Made by a program: the position numbers and the translations under genes
Shown: positions 12,339 through 22,050 of the stretch, in pieces
How positions within the stretch are numbered: position 1 is the first letter of the stretch
Layout of the letters: each line of letters starts with the position of its first letter
The notes under the pieces: generated by a model
The model's database searches: none
Told to the model about the DNA's origin: nothing
Seen by the model: only the letters and a program-made list of their open reading frames with translations
Assembly: GCF_036588685.1 (NCBI RefSeq)
Contig: NC_086381.1
Location: 53,320,001 to 53,384,000 of the forward strand
DNA length: 64,000 nucleotides
Direction of reading: 5' to 3'
DNA from: Mytilus trossulus
Taxonomy: Eukaryota

Positions 12339-12815
12339 AGATACAGGTCAGTCTGCATGGGATGCCAAGCTAACTAGGTTCTGTATCTAAAACTGGAACA
12401 ACATACACAACAGCAATAGTACATTGTTTGTATATAAAAACCTTGTCCGTCAGATAGAATACCAACATATAACTGAAATTTAACATCTATAATATTTTTA
12501 CTCTTCTCACAACAAAAAGTTTATTATACAGACTGCATGGGATGCCAAGCTAACTGCTATTATAAACTTTAGAATATGATAAATTCTAATAGAATTTAAG
12601 AAAATAAAATTAGTAAAACCAGCCTCAAAGACACATAAATAAGTATATTAATCCGTAGCTTCAAATTCAATAGTCATACATATAACAAATATAGACCAGT
12701 CTGCATGGGATGCCAAGCTAACTGATTCTGTACCTAAAACACCTTCGTAAGAGCTTATTATCCTCTCAACAAATAGTTTTGATACAGACTGCATGGGATA
12801 CCAAGCTATCTGTCA
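12339..12815 (+). ncRNA. Four structured hairpins (core CTGCATGGGATRCCAAGCTA) in the ORF0-ORF1 spacer
   Basis: Cores at 12353, 12533, 12701 and 12789, each with a different but self-complementary basal stem. Confidence 0.8.
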
Positions 12816-12889
12816 TAATAAACATTAAATATACAACCAATTTATAGACAAAGAAATAAATAAATAAAAGATACAATAACTTTATCAAC

Positions 12890-15394
12890 ATGGGCTCCAG
12901 GGAAATAACAAGGCCTACAAGAACTAGACACCCTCCCATGACATACACACCAAGTGTAACTCGATCACATGGGAATAAGCATATGTCCTACAGGCTAAAT
13001 GCCAAGAAGGCACTAGATAAGAAAATTGATGCAACAGACAGGGATCACTCCTGTGATATGGAATTTAAAGATGGTACACTAGTCATAACATGCAATGCAG
13101 GAGCTTATGAAATCTTGAAATCCTCCATATATAAATATTACGACCAATCTGAAGATAGAACATATAGGCTACACACCAAAACAAGCAAGTCAAGTCTACC
13201 AGATGTCAGCAAACAACCAATGATAGTTGAGGAATCATTATCTGTCAAAAATAGAGATCCATCCTTGTCTAGTCGTCAGCTATTTAGAATAAACATGTTC
13301 AACACCACATGTAGAATCGATGCTAACGGATATATGGTACAAACATTTATTCAAGAAGACCTCGATAAAATATGCGAAGAACTATTGGTCAATAAATCAT
13401 ACTCTGAGCTAAATAACAAAATCAAGCAAATGTGTAAGCTCACTAAAGACCAAATAAATAATCCAAAAAAGGGGCAAGCTAAATCCATCTTATCAGCTAA
13501 GCCCATACTCAACAAAACTGTGCAAACCAATACTTCCACAGGTAACAGTGATAAGGACAAGAAAACGTGTGTTATTAAACAGCATTCTCACCATATAGTT
13601 CAAACACAAGTTGAGCTAAATGATTATAACCAAGATAGTCATAACCATCAACCAAAAACAACACATAGATTAATGACCACCAATGATAAAGATCTATGCG
13701 ACTCTAGCCCTACACGTATAAACAGTCATTATAACTCAATTACTAGTCTAAATGATGAACTTATTGACTCTGAGTTACACACACTTTCTCGTGAAGGCGA
13801 AGAAACAACAGATGAAATCTGCATAGTATGTGGATCTGCTATTATAGATGAAAATAATGTAGAATGTACAATATGTGGACAATGGCTGCATACTGTTTGC
13901 GAAGGAATATCCGAAAACTCGCTCAATAACCATACAGCCTACGTATGCTCGTCATGCAGAATCCTAGACGATACAATTCCATATGACGAATCACTGCATA
14001 ATGAAATGATCCAACAAAGGGATGAAACCCATCCAAAACAGCTAGTATATAAAGCAAAGAGTCAACAGGATACTGACGCTATAAAAATATGCCATACAAC
14101 TGAAGCTGAAGCAGAAAAATCTGATCCATGCCTACCTGTTCTACCAGAATCAGCAGTTAAAGAAGATCTTACCAAAAATAATATACATATTCCACCTATT
14201 GAAGTGAAAACCAAACCAAAGCGAACAAAAAAGAAGGACAATCTAGAACAAACTCATCTTGAATTACAACTGGCTGAAAGTCAAACAAAAATCAGCAATC
14301 TTCAAACAGTCAATCAGGAATATAGACAAACAATTGACTTACTATCATCAAAATTAGGCATACAATCTCCATTAGACAACAACAGCCAACTTCCATTTAA
14401 CCAACAAATCCATCAGCTTGAAGTGAAATTTGAAGGGCAAATTAATAAAATGAAACTGGAGTTTGAGCATCAACTTAACATCATATCCATTCAAATGAAA
14501 CACAATACAGAAATCAATGAGCTGAAATGTAAACTTCATCATATGGAAAATGAATGTAAACAACATAAATCTACCATAAGTGGAAATCAACAACCACCTA
14601 GTCAATCTCCACAGATGAATACTCAATTCACTCCATTTCCAAGATGTCAGAATGGGAACTCAAATCAACAAACTCAACAACCACTAAACCATCCACATAC
14701 ACCTGGGCTACAGTGGACAAGACCTCCAATATGGACTAAACCACCACAATACCAAGCACCTATTGGACAGGATAGACCACAGAATGAGAACTTTCCTCAA
14801 CAGGCACTAAACAATCCACAGATACCTGGTGTACAATATACAAGACCTCCAATGTGGACTAGACCACAACCCTATCAAACACCTATGGGATTGGTATTCG
14901 CCCCATATGCTCCTCATATGCAACAACAAAAAACACACATAAGCTATGATACAAGGCATAAAAATGTTCAACCACCTCGCCAAAGAGTAAATACCGAAAC
15001 GCAAGGACAAAAACGGTCCAGAATGCAAAGAAATCATCAAAAACTGGCGAAAACCACTAACACCAATAGTGAACAAGTTTACAAGCAACAAACTCTCCAT
15101 CAAGTGCAAGAAAATCAGGAGCCAAACCAAAATTCTCATCAAAATCTGGTACAAACTCCAGAATCAAATCAGGCTAACACCCAAATAAGGGATGGACATG
15201 TATATACAGAACATGATATGGACACATCTCATAGTACATGTAAACCAGATATTCCACCGTCTAGAAGTAAATTACATCATAGAAGTATTTCGGAACCAGC
15301 CTTAAATAATGAACAAATAAACTCAAACAAGCCTTTTTTAGGAGCAGGCAGAGCCTCATCAGTAAACTGGACAATAAACCACATGAATTTATAA
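12890..15394 (+). CDS. LINE-A ORF1: conserved N-terminal domain, PHD finger, coiled coil, Q/P/N-rich tail (834 aa)
   Basis: CIVC...CTICGQWLHTVC...CSSC (C4HC3); N-terminal similarity to LINE-B ORF1. Confidence 0.88.
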   Translation: MGSREITRPTRTRHPPMTYTPSVTRSHGNKHMSYRLNAKKALDKKIDATDRDHSCDMEFKDGTLVITCNAGAYEILKSSIYKYYDQSEDRTYRLHTKTSKSSLPDVSKQPMIVEESLSVKNRDPSLSSRQLFRINMFNTTCRIDANGYMVQTFIQEDLDKICEELLVNKSYSELNNKIKQMCKLTKDQINNPKKGQAKSILSAKPILNKTVQTNTSTGNSDKDKKTCVIKQHSHHIVQTQVELNDYNQDSHNHQPKTTHRLMTTNDKDLCDSSPTRINSHYNSITSLNDELIDSELHTLSREGEETTDEICIVCGSAIIDENNVECTICGQWLHTVCEGISENSLNNHTAYVCSSCRILDDTIPYDESLHNEMIQQRDETHPKQLVYKAKSQQDTDAIKICHTTEAEAEKSDPCLPVLPESAVKEDLTKNNIHIPPIEVKTKPKRTKKKDNLEQTHLELQLAESQTKISNLQTVNQEYRQTIDLLSSKLGIQSPLDNNSQLPFNQQIHQLEVKFEGQINKMKLEFEHQLNIISIQMKHNTEINELKCKLHHMENECKQHKSTISGNQQPPSQSPQMNTQFTPFPRCQNGNSNQQTQQPLNHPHTPGLQWTRPPIWTKPPQYQAPIGQDRPQNENFPQQALNNPQIPGVQYTRPPMWTRPQPYQTPMGLVFAPYAPHMQQQKTHISYDTRHKNVQPPRQRVNTETQGQKRSRMQRNHQKLAKTTNTNSEQVYKQQTLHQVQENQEPNQNSHQNLVQTPESNQANTQIRDGHVYTEHDMDTSHSTCKPDIPPSRSKLHHRSISEPALNNEQINSNKPFLGAGRASSVNWTINHMNL

Positions 15395-18300
15395 TAGGAA
15401 CCATCAATATTCAAAATATAAAAGGCAACACCCTGTATCTTAATTCAATCCTGGATACAGTGCAAATTCTATGTATACAAGAACATTGGCTGCTATCTTT
15501 GGAAAAAAATATAGCAATAGAAATAAATAAAAAATTCTCGTCAAATATCAAATCAGTGGATGACGAAAACCCACTAATAGACTTTAAATCTATCCGTGGC
15601 TACGGAGGAACAGCAATTCTGTGGCAGAAAGATCTAAACAACACAGTTAATATAATGCCGGATGGGAATTCTCGTATTCAAGTGATAACAATAAACAGCA
15701 GTCCAATTGCAACATGCTTAATTAATACCTATATGCCATCTGCACAGAGTAGTGGGGACATTGAATATAAAGATACACTAGATCAAATCTCCGAAATTAT
15801 GGATAAGTATAGAGAAACATACCAGATAATTTTATGTGGTGATATGAATGCGTCTTTACATCGTGACAATAGGAAACGGGACACCGTCTTTGGAGAATTC
15901 AAAAACATAAACAATCTCCATATACCAGATGGTTATCCAATAAAGCCAACCTTTTTTCATCACAATGGCAAATATACCTCACAAATTGACTATTTCTTGT
16001 TTGATGAAAGAATTATACAGCAATCAAATCCAAATGTGAAAATAGCTATGAGGCATCCTACAAATACCTCTGATCATACTCTAGTCACTGCAAATATGGC
16101 TCTAAAGGTTAAAAGATGTTCTCTACGACCTGTCAAAATATATACAAGGCCAAACTGGAGAAAATGCGACAAAAGCCTCTACAAGTCAACTATTGAAAGT
16201 AGTCTAGACAATACATCTGGAGAAAAGAAATTCTCGGGTACCGTAGAATCACGTATACAAAAATTGGAATTAACACTTCATAAAGCTGGTACAAAATCTA
16301 TTCCGAGCTACAGGAAGCTGAAAAAACTAAAATCTGTTGGGAAAGGCATATGGAATAGCAAAATTAGCCAAGCATCTAAAGAAGCAAAGTCTGCACATAG
16401 GAACTGGATAGATAAAACCAACAAAAATGAGGATGCAGATCAAGAAAAGCTGGCTCTCAAAAACAAAAAACGTCATCTGAGACAACTACAGAGACAGGCA
16501 CATGCATCAAAGAAGGAAAAGTTCATAAATGAAATCATGCAAGCTTCAGAAAAAGACAGCAAAACATTCCATAAATTAATAAAGCAACAACGATCTAATC
16601 ATTCATCAAATACTGACGTTCTTTACATTGGAAATGAGAAATTTGAAGGAGAAAGTATTCTAAAAGCATGGACAATACATTTCGAAAAACTCGGAACACC
16701 AAATCATGACAAAAATATCTTTGACCTGGAACGCTTCCACTTGGCTAAATTACAAAATGACATCATTTTTGAAAATCAACATTCCAAAAAAGAAATTAAA
16801 CAAGCAACACCTGAAGTAGTTAAAAGTGCAATTAAGAACCTAAGCACTGGCAAAACATCAGACGAAAATGGTATATGTTCTGAACATTACAAATATGCTG
16901 TAGATGAATTATCAGAAGAAATCGCAAGCATAATCAATGATATTTTCTCCGATTTGGATGTTCCAAAAAATCTAAAAAATGGTTTATTAACACCTGTTCT
17001 TAAAAAGAAGAAGGATAAAACCGTACCTGGAAATTACAGGGGAATTGTTGTAACAAGTATCTTTTCTAAAATCTTTGAATCAATCGTTAAAGGAAGGCTA
17101 GAATATGAGCTACTACCATCGCAAAATCCATTACAGAGAGGGTTTACAGAGGGCGCATCAAGCCTCTTTGCAGCCTTTATTACAACTGAAACTATTCTAA
17201 TATATCGTCTTCTTCAAATATTATTAGAACTTGTTGCACTGGATGCAGAAAAGGCATTTGACACCCTGAGTCATGAGATCATGTTAAATAAGCTTTATCA
17301 TGATGGAATTGAGGGAGATATGTGGATCCTACTACGGAACATCTATCAAGATCTGTCTCTCAAAATCAAGTGGAATAATGAAACATCAGAAAGTATTAAT
17401 ATCATGCAAGGGGTTCGTCAAGGAGCAAAATTATCATCTCTGCTATACAAGCGATACAATAATACCATTCTGAATGCAATATCCAGTAGTAATCTAGGCG
17501 CAAAAATAGGCAACATACAAGTAGGCTCTCCTACATGTGCGGACGATATTGCCTTACTGGGTGAGCGGTCAGATTTACAGGCAATGCTCAATATTATAGA
17601 CTTCCACACTAAAAGAGACATGGTTAAAATTAATCCAGACAAATCAGAGATAATGTGCGTATCCAAAGGATTAAAGCAACAAACGCATTCATACAGCTTC
17701 AATGGAAAAGAAATAAAAAGAGTAGAAAAGCTGAAGCATCTAGGTATCACCAGGGCAACAAATGGCAAAGTCAACTTGGACGAAAGGCTAAAAACTGGCC
17801 GGCAAACTATATATGCCTTGCTAGGTTCTGGCCTACATGCCAGAACAGGAATGTCACTGCTGGTACTTAAAAAGATCTGGAAAACATATGTTGTCCCCCG
17901 CTATCTTTATGGGCTCGAAGTACAAATATGCATGAAAAAGGATGTATCTGAACTAGAAAAGTTACAGAGGAAAATGTTCAAACAATTTCAATGTCTACCA
18001 GATAGGACTGCATCTGCAGCAGTATATATACTAATAGGAGCTGAACCCATTGAATCGGTACTGGACAAAAACATGCTAGCCTTATTTCTTTCAATTTCTC
18101 GCCTAGATGGCTCAATAGAACATCAAATCCTAGAATGGGAACTAGAAATCAGCACAGAATTTGACAATTCCTTCATCTGTCGTATAAGCAAAATTTTACA
18201 AAAATATCAACTCCCAACAGCAGAAGAAATTATGAAAAATCCTCCATCAAAATATATTTGGAAAAAACAACTTCAAAAAGCCATAAATGATTACTGGTCT

Positions 18301-18816
18301 TCAATTTGGACAGAAGAATGTAATACAAAACCAACACTCAAACATTTATCGTTGCAAAATAATCCGGTAAATAATCCGCATAACATTTGGAAATGTGTTC
18401 GAAATAATCAATATGACATCAAAAAAGCGGAATTGAAATGTAAGCTAGTAACTGGTACATACATGCTTCAAAGTATAAAAGCAAAATTCAGTAAAAATAT
18501 AGTACTGCCTGACTGTAAGCTATGTAAGGACAATGATGAAACCCTTGAACATTTTCTCCTGGAATGTACTAGGCTCGGTGATGTACGACAAAAATGCATG
18601 GCGAAGCTAGTCAACAAGCTAAGAGAGATAGAAGGGGGTGGTACAATCGACGTCAGTAATGATGAAATACTGATAGAAATTATACTGGATTGTTCTAAGA
18701 CAAATATACTGAATAATCAGCCAATGGACAAGCTACTGGATATAGAAAGGCAAACACAAGATCTTTGCTACCAGTTACATATAAAGCGAACAAAACTTTT
18801 ATGTGACATCAAGTAA
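15313..18816 (+). CDS. LINE-A ORF2: AP endonuclease + reverse transcriptase + C-terminal CCHC (no AUG upstream of the endonuclease)
   Basis: GTINIQN, QEHWL, GDMN, IDY, SDH (APE); NYRGI, DAEKAFD, GVRQG, PTCADD (RT); CKLC...HFLLEC. Frame open from 15313. Confidence 0.95.
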   Translation, partial: TNKLKQAFFRSRQSLISKLDNKPHEFIIGTINIQNIKGNTLYLNSILDTVQILCIQEHWLLSLEKNIAIEINKKFSSNIKSVDDENPLIDFKSIRGYGGTAILWQKDLNNTVNIMPDGNSRIQVITINSSPIATCLINTYMPSAQSSGDIEYKDTLDQISEIMDKYRETYQIILCGDMNASLHRDNRKRDTVFGEFKNINNLHIPDGYPIKPTFFHHNGKYTSQIDYFLFDERIIQQSNPNVKIAMRHPTNTSDHTLVTANMALKVKRCSLRPVKIYTRPNWRKCDKSLYKSTIESSLDNTSGEKKFSGTVESRIQKLELTLHKAGTKSIPSYRKLKKLKSVGKGIWNSKISQASKEAKSAHRNWIDKTNKNEDADQEKLALKNKKRHLRQLQRQAHASKKEKFINEIMQASEKDSKTFHKLIKQQRSNHSSNTDVLYIGNEKFEGESILKAWTIHFEKLGTPNHDKNIFDLERFHLAKLQNDIIFENQHSKKEIKQATPEVVKSAIKNLSTGKTSDENGICSEHYKYAVDELSEEIASIINDIFSDLDVPKNLKNGLLTPVLKKKKDKTVPGNYRGIVVTSIFSKIFESIVKGRLEYELLPSQNPLQRGFTEGASSLFAAFITTETILIYRLLQILLELVALDAEKAFDTLSHEIMLNKLYHDGIEGDMWILLRNIYQDLSLKIKWNNETSESINIMQGVRQGAKLSSLLYKRYNNTILNAISSSNLGAKIGNIQVGSPTCADDIALLGERSDLQAMLNIIDFHTKRDMVKINPDKSEIMCVSKGLKQQTHSYSFNGKEIKRVEKLKHLGITRATNGKVNLDERLKTGRQTIYALLGSGLHARTGMSLLVLKKIWKTYVVPRYLYGLEVQICMKKDVSELEKLQRKMFKQFQCLPDRTASAAVYILIGAEPIESVLDKNMLALFLSISRLDGSIEHQILEWELEISTEFDNSFICRISKILQKYQLPTAEEIMKNPPSKYIWKKQLQKAINDYWSSIWTEECNTKPTLKHLSLQNNPVNNPHNIWKCVRNNQYDIKKAELKCKLVTGTYMLQSIKAKFSKNIVLPDCKLCKDNDETLEHFLLECTRLGDVRQKCMAKLVNKLREIEGGGTIDVSNDEILIEIILDCSKTNILNNQPMDKLLDIERQTQDLCYQLHIKRTKLLCDIK

Positions 18817-18971
18817 AAGAAATGTATGAAGGCTCTAATTATTTTAGATTTTAACTTTTATAAATCTAAAGTATATATTTAAATACTGAAATAGCAAATA
18901 AGTCTTACTAAAATGTTCTAGATTTTAACTATTAACGTTTTCAAGTAATATAACACCGAAATCGTAAATAT

Positions 18972-19100
18972 ATGGTGTGTACTGTCTGCATGGGATGCCA
19001 AGCTAACTAGTACACTCTATAATATCTTCAAATCAAGAGCAATATCCAATATAGTCTGTACAGTCTGCATGGGATGCCAAGCTAACTTGTATCAGTCTAT
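18972..19100 (+). ncRNA. Two more copies of the same hairpin in the LINE-A 3' UTR
   Basis: Cores at 18986 and 19065; stems GTGTACT/AGTACAC and ATAG.CTGTACA/TGTA.CAG.CTAT. Confidence 0.8.
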
Positions 19101-19968
19101 CAAGAAGTGCGTGATTTATACTTTTTAATGATAGCCTAGGCAGGGCACTTATAGTTTTATTAAATAAGCTGTAAATAACATTTTTATCATAATATAGTGG
19201 TGAACGCTATTGCCGCAATAGTTCTGTGTACATTTCTTATCGTGATATAGTATTTGCAACTTGTGCTGTGTACATTTTTATTGTGATACAAGTGGTGAAC
19301 GTTAGCTGCATACATTTTTACCGTGATATCGTGTTGATTCTTATTACCGCAATTGTGATGTGTACATAATATTTTTAACTTATTATCGTCGTAATATTTT
19401 AAGACTTTTAAAATATTTCTTTTAGTCGTACATATTTTAATGTAAATATAAAGATATCCGCAATCTCGGTGTGTAAATTAAATTGCTCATCCGATAAGTG
19501 GAGTGCTCCGATTAAACGGAGGTGAATACCTGTACAGAACAGAACAGAACAGAACTGATGTGCCTGTTTTTTGTTTGGTGGTTGAAGGTGGTGGTTGTGT
19601 AATTTATTGAGAGCCAGTTTTACAGATTTTACAGATTTTTACAGACTTGATAGTGTTTTAATGTGAACTTTTATTTCCTGTATTGCCAATGAGAACCCTG
19701 AATGATGTTTTAGCAAAGTGAAAATACATTTACTGCCATTTCTCGAAAGAAAATGAGATACACGAGACAAAGAAATAGCCGATTCATAGTCGGCATCTTG
19801 GTTTTATGAAGAAATTTTAAAGAAGTTTTTAATTAACAGTCCTTTTACCTTTTAAACATAGAACACTTTTAATATATAGTGAACAGTTTTAAGAAAGACA
19901 ATTGTTTTATTTAAACATTTTTTCCAAATCACTGTTTTTGAGTAGATACAACCAACAGTAAATTCAAA

Positions 19969-22050
19969 ATGTCGAGAAGGTCAAGTAGAGAATTAGTTCC
20001 AACTAAAATATATACACCCAGCAAGAGTATTCAAACTACTAAGAATTATGTATTAAATGAGAAAAGAACTTTGAATAAAATTAAGGAAGCTGCAAATAGA
20101 GACATTGATATTCAAGCAACTTTGAAAAGGGGGAATTTAATCATACAGTTTTCATCGGCTGCATTTTTGCAATTCAATACATGCTTCGACCAGTATTTTA
20201 GCTCAAACCAAAGTTTAAAACTAACAGTACATGAAAGGTTCGATTTATCAAAGAAATTATCTGAGAGGTCAATTTCATTTGCTGACGTTAGTAATCCGTC
20301 AAAGCAACTATATAGGGTGAACATTTTTAATACAACATGTCGTATTGAAGTGAATGGGAAACAATTTATGTCATTCATAGATGAATTTTCTAAAATTGCA
20401 TCGCATATGAGTAATGATGTAGACTATAAACATCTCAACACCAAAATTAAAGAGCAATGTGATTTTTTATTATCGTCAATTAATAACGGTCATAATCCGT
20501 CAGTTGTAGTGGATAATACAAAGATTAGTCAATCTAAAGCTGTTACAAATGCTGCCGCTGGTAGTAATGACATTAAGGACCCTAAAGTATGCCCTAAATG
20601 TACTAGAAATTGCTTATCTAGAAGTGTCTGGTGTAATAGGGGTGAACATTGGATACACTATAATTGCGAAAAACTAAAAAGTGAAATGATTAACATTTTA
20701 GAGAATAATTCTGATACAAACCATTATATATGTTCAATTTGTGATATAGACTCCATAGATGATAAGCAAGTATTATCTGTGAATTCTCCCACTCATACTC
20801 AAGTATGTGATAGTATCAACTTACCTTTGGTCAACATGATTAATGAAGAATCTTTTTTAGAAGGAAATGGAATAGAATCCGATACTTCAGTAGAACATAT
20901 AGATAAAGATCAAGTAATACCCAAAGTAACTTTTGCTCAATCTCTTTTATTGGAGGAATTTCCAAGGTCTTGTGCCTTATGTTTAGAGTTGTTAAATACT
21001 GATGAACAAATTTGTGAATTCTGTGATCAATCTTATCACATAAAATGTATGGGAAAAGAAAATAAAATATGTCTAGGATGTGAAGCAACACATAGTCAAA
21101 ATTCTGAAAATTTGCATTTGAATATTGAAACTTCAGTAAAGAAGGTTAATTCACCTCGTCCAACTTTAGTCTGTGTAGACAAAAACATTACTGATAAATC
21201 TAAAGAAAATCAAGATAAGGATAATGAAAATAGTGTGTTGAAACAGAAAGAATTGCGTCAATTAGAACTAAAATTAAAGAAAAAAGAAGAAAGTCTGAAA
21301 TTAAAAGAGTTGTCAGTGAATGAAAAACTTAAAGAGAAAACCAAGCTTCTTGATTATCTTCACCAAATTGAAGCCCGAAATTTAGAGTTAGAACAAACCA
21401 TAAAAACAATGAATAGGAAAATTATTATATTGGAAGAAAATCAAAATAACTCTTCCCTGCGTAATGAAAAATCAGAATCTGGAAATTTAAATAGTCATAG
21501 GGATAATAGTGAAGATTTACTGGTACAAGTAAGGAATAAAGTCACAAAATTTATTGTGGACAAGATTGAAAATGAATTGGATAAATTATCTGACAATATT
21601 ACTGAAAGCAATGATAAATTAAAGGATACACAAAATCATGTTTATCAACAAAATGTGAAAGATAACTCAGAAAATCAATATTCTCAACATAATTGGGATT
21701 ACCAAAATTATTATCATCAATATCCATATTATTATGATCATCACAACTCATATTATATAAATAATTATGGAACTGTAAATGAGAGTCATAGTGATTCAGA
21801 AAGTAGATGTGATTATGAAAATCAATGGTTTCAAGATACGTCTCCGGACAATACTCAAACTGTTACTCATTCGAATCTTATTGATGTATTAGCGTCAGAC
21901 AACCAAGTAAGGACAAATTGTGATTCACAAAGTAATCAACCTAGGGACTATTTGGGACAAAATTTATATTTCCAAAGTAATAACATTGCCAAAACTTTAC
22001 ATGGAAATAATTTTTTATGGAAAACAAGCCTCAGTGTCCAACCGACATAA
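19969..22050 (+). CDS. LINE-B ORF1: N-terminal domain, two PHD-like fingers, coiled coil, Y/H/N/Q-rich tail (693 aa)
   Basis: CPKC...HWIHYNC...CSIC and CALC...CEFCDQSYHIKC...CLGC. Confidence 0.88.
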   Translation: MSRRSSRELVPTKIYTPSKSIQTTKNYVLNEKRTLNKIKEAANRDIDIQATLKRGNLIIQFSSAAFLQFNTCFDQYFSSNQSLKLTVHERFDLSKKLSERSISFADVSNPSKQLYRVNIFNTTCRIEVNGKQFMSFIDEFSKIASHMSNDVDYKHLNTKIKEQCDFLLSSINNGHNPSVVVDNTKISQSKAVTNAAAGSNDIKDPKVCPKCTRNCLSRSVWCNRGEHWIHYNCEKLKSEMINILENNSDTNHYICSICDIDSIDDKQVLSVNSPTHTQVCDSINLPLVNMINEESFLEGNGIESDTSVEHIDKDQVIPKVTFAQSLLLEEFPRSCALCLELLNTDEQICEFCDQSYHIKCMGKENKICLGCEATHSQNSENLHLNIETSVKKVNSPRPTLVCVDKNITDKSKENQDKDNENSVLKQKELRQLELKLKKKEESLKLKELSVNEKLKEKTKLLDYLHQIEARNLELEQTIKTMNRKIIILEENQNNSSLRNEKSESGNLNSHRDNSEDLLVQVRNKVTKFIVDKIENELDKLSDNITESNDKLKDTQNHVYQQNVKDNSENQYSQHNWDYQNYYHQYPYYYDHHNSYYINNYGTVNESHSDSESRCDYENQWFQDTSPDNTQTVTHSNLIDVLASDNQVRTNCDSQSNQPRDYLGQNLYFQSNNIAKTLHGNNFLWKTSLSVQPT

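Larger units (their letters stand above)
11131..19555 (+). mobile_element. Full-length three-ORF non-LTR retrotransposon (LINE-A; RTE-X/CR1-L2-like, clade not determinable by eye)
   Basis: SGNH ORF + PHD ORF1 + APE-RT-CCHC ORF2, all open; 3' hairpin CTCCG-ATTAAA-CGGAG then (CAGAA)4 tail at 19535-19554; ends defined by interruption of repeat B. Confidence 0.9.

Noticed and set aside
12353-12372. LINE-A hairpin as a hammerhead/HDV/twister ribozyme, IRE or SECIS
   Set aside because: Lacks CUGAUGA/GAAA, nested pseudoknots, CAGUGN loop and UGAN/NGAN quartet
12339-12815. CRISPR array (short repeats with unique spacers)
   Set aside because: Spacing irregular (180, 168, 88 bp), no cas genes, eukaryotic LINE context, flanks pair as RNA stems
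13351-17870. Short antisense or alternate-frame ORFs within the LINEs (and similar ones in the cGLR genes)
   Set aside because: Shadows of long coding frames with no recognisable motifs
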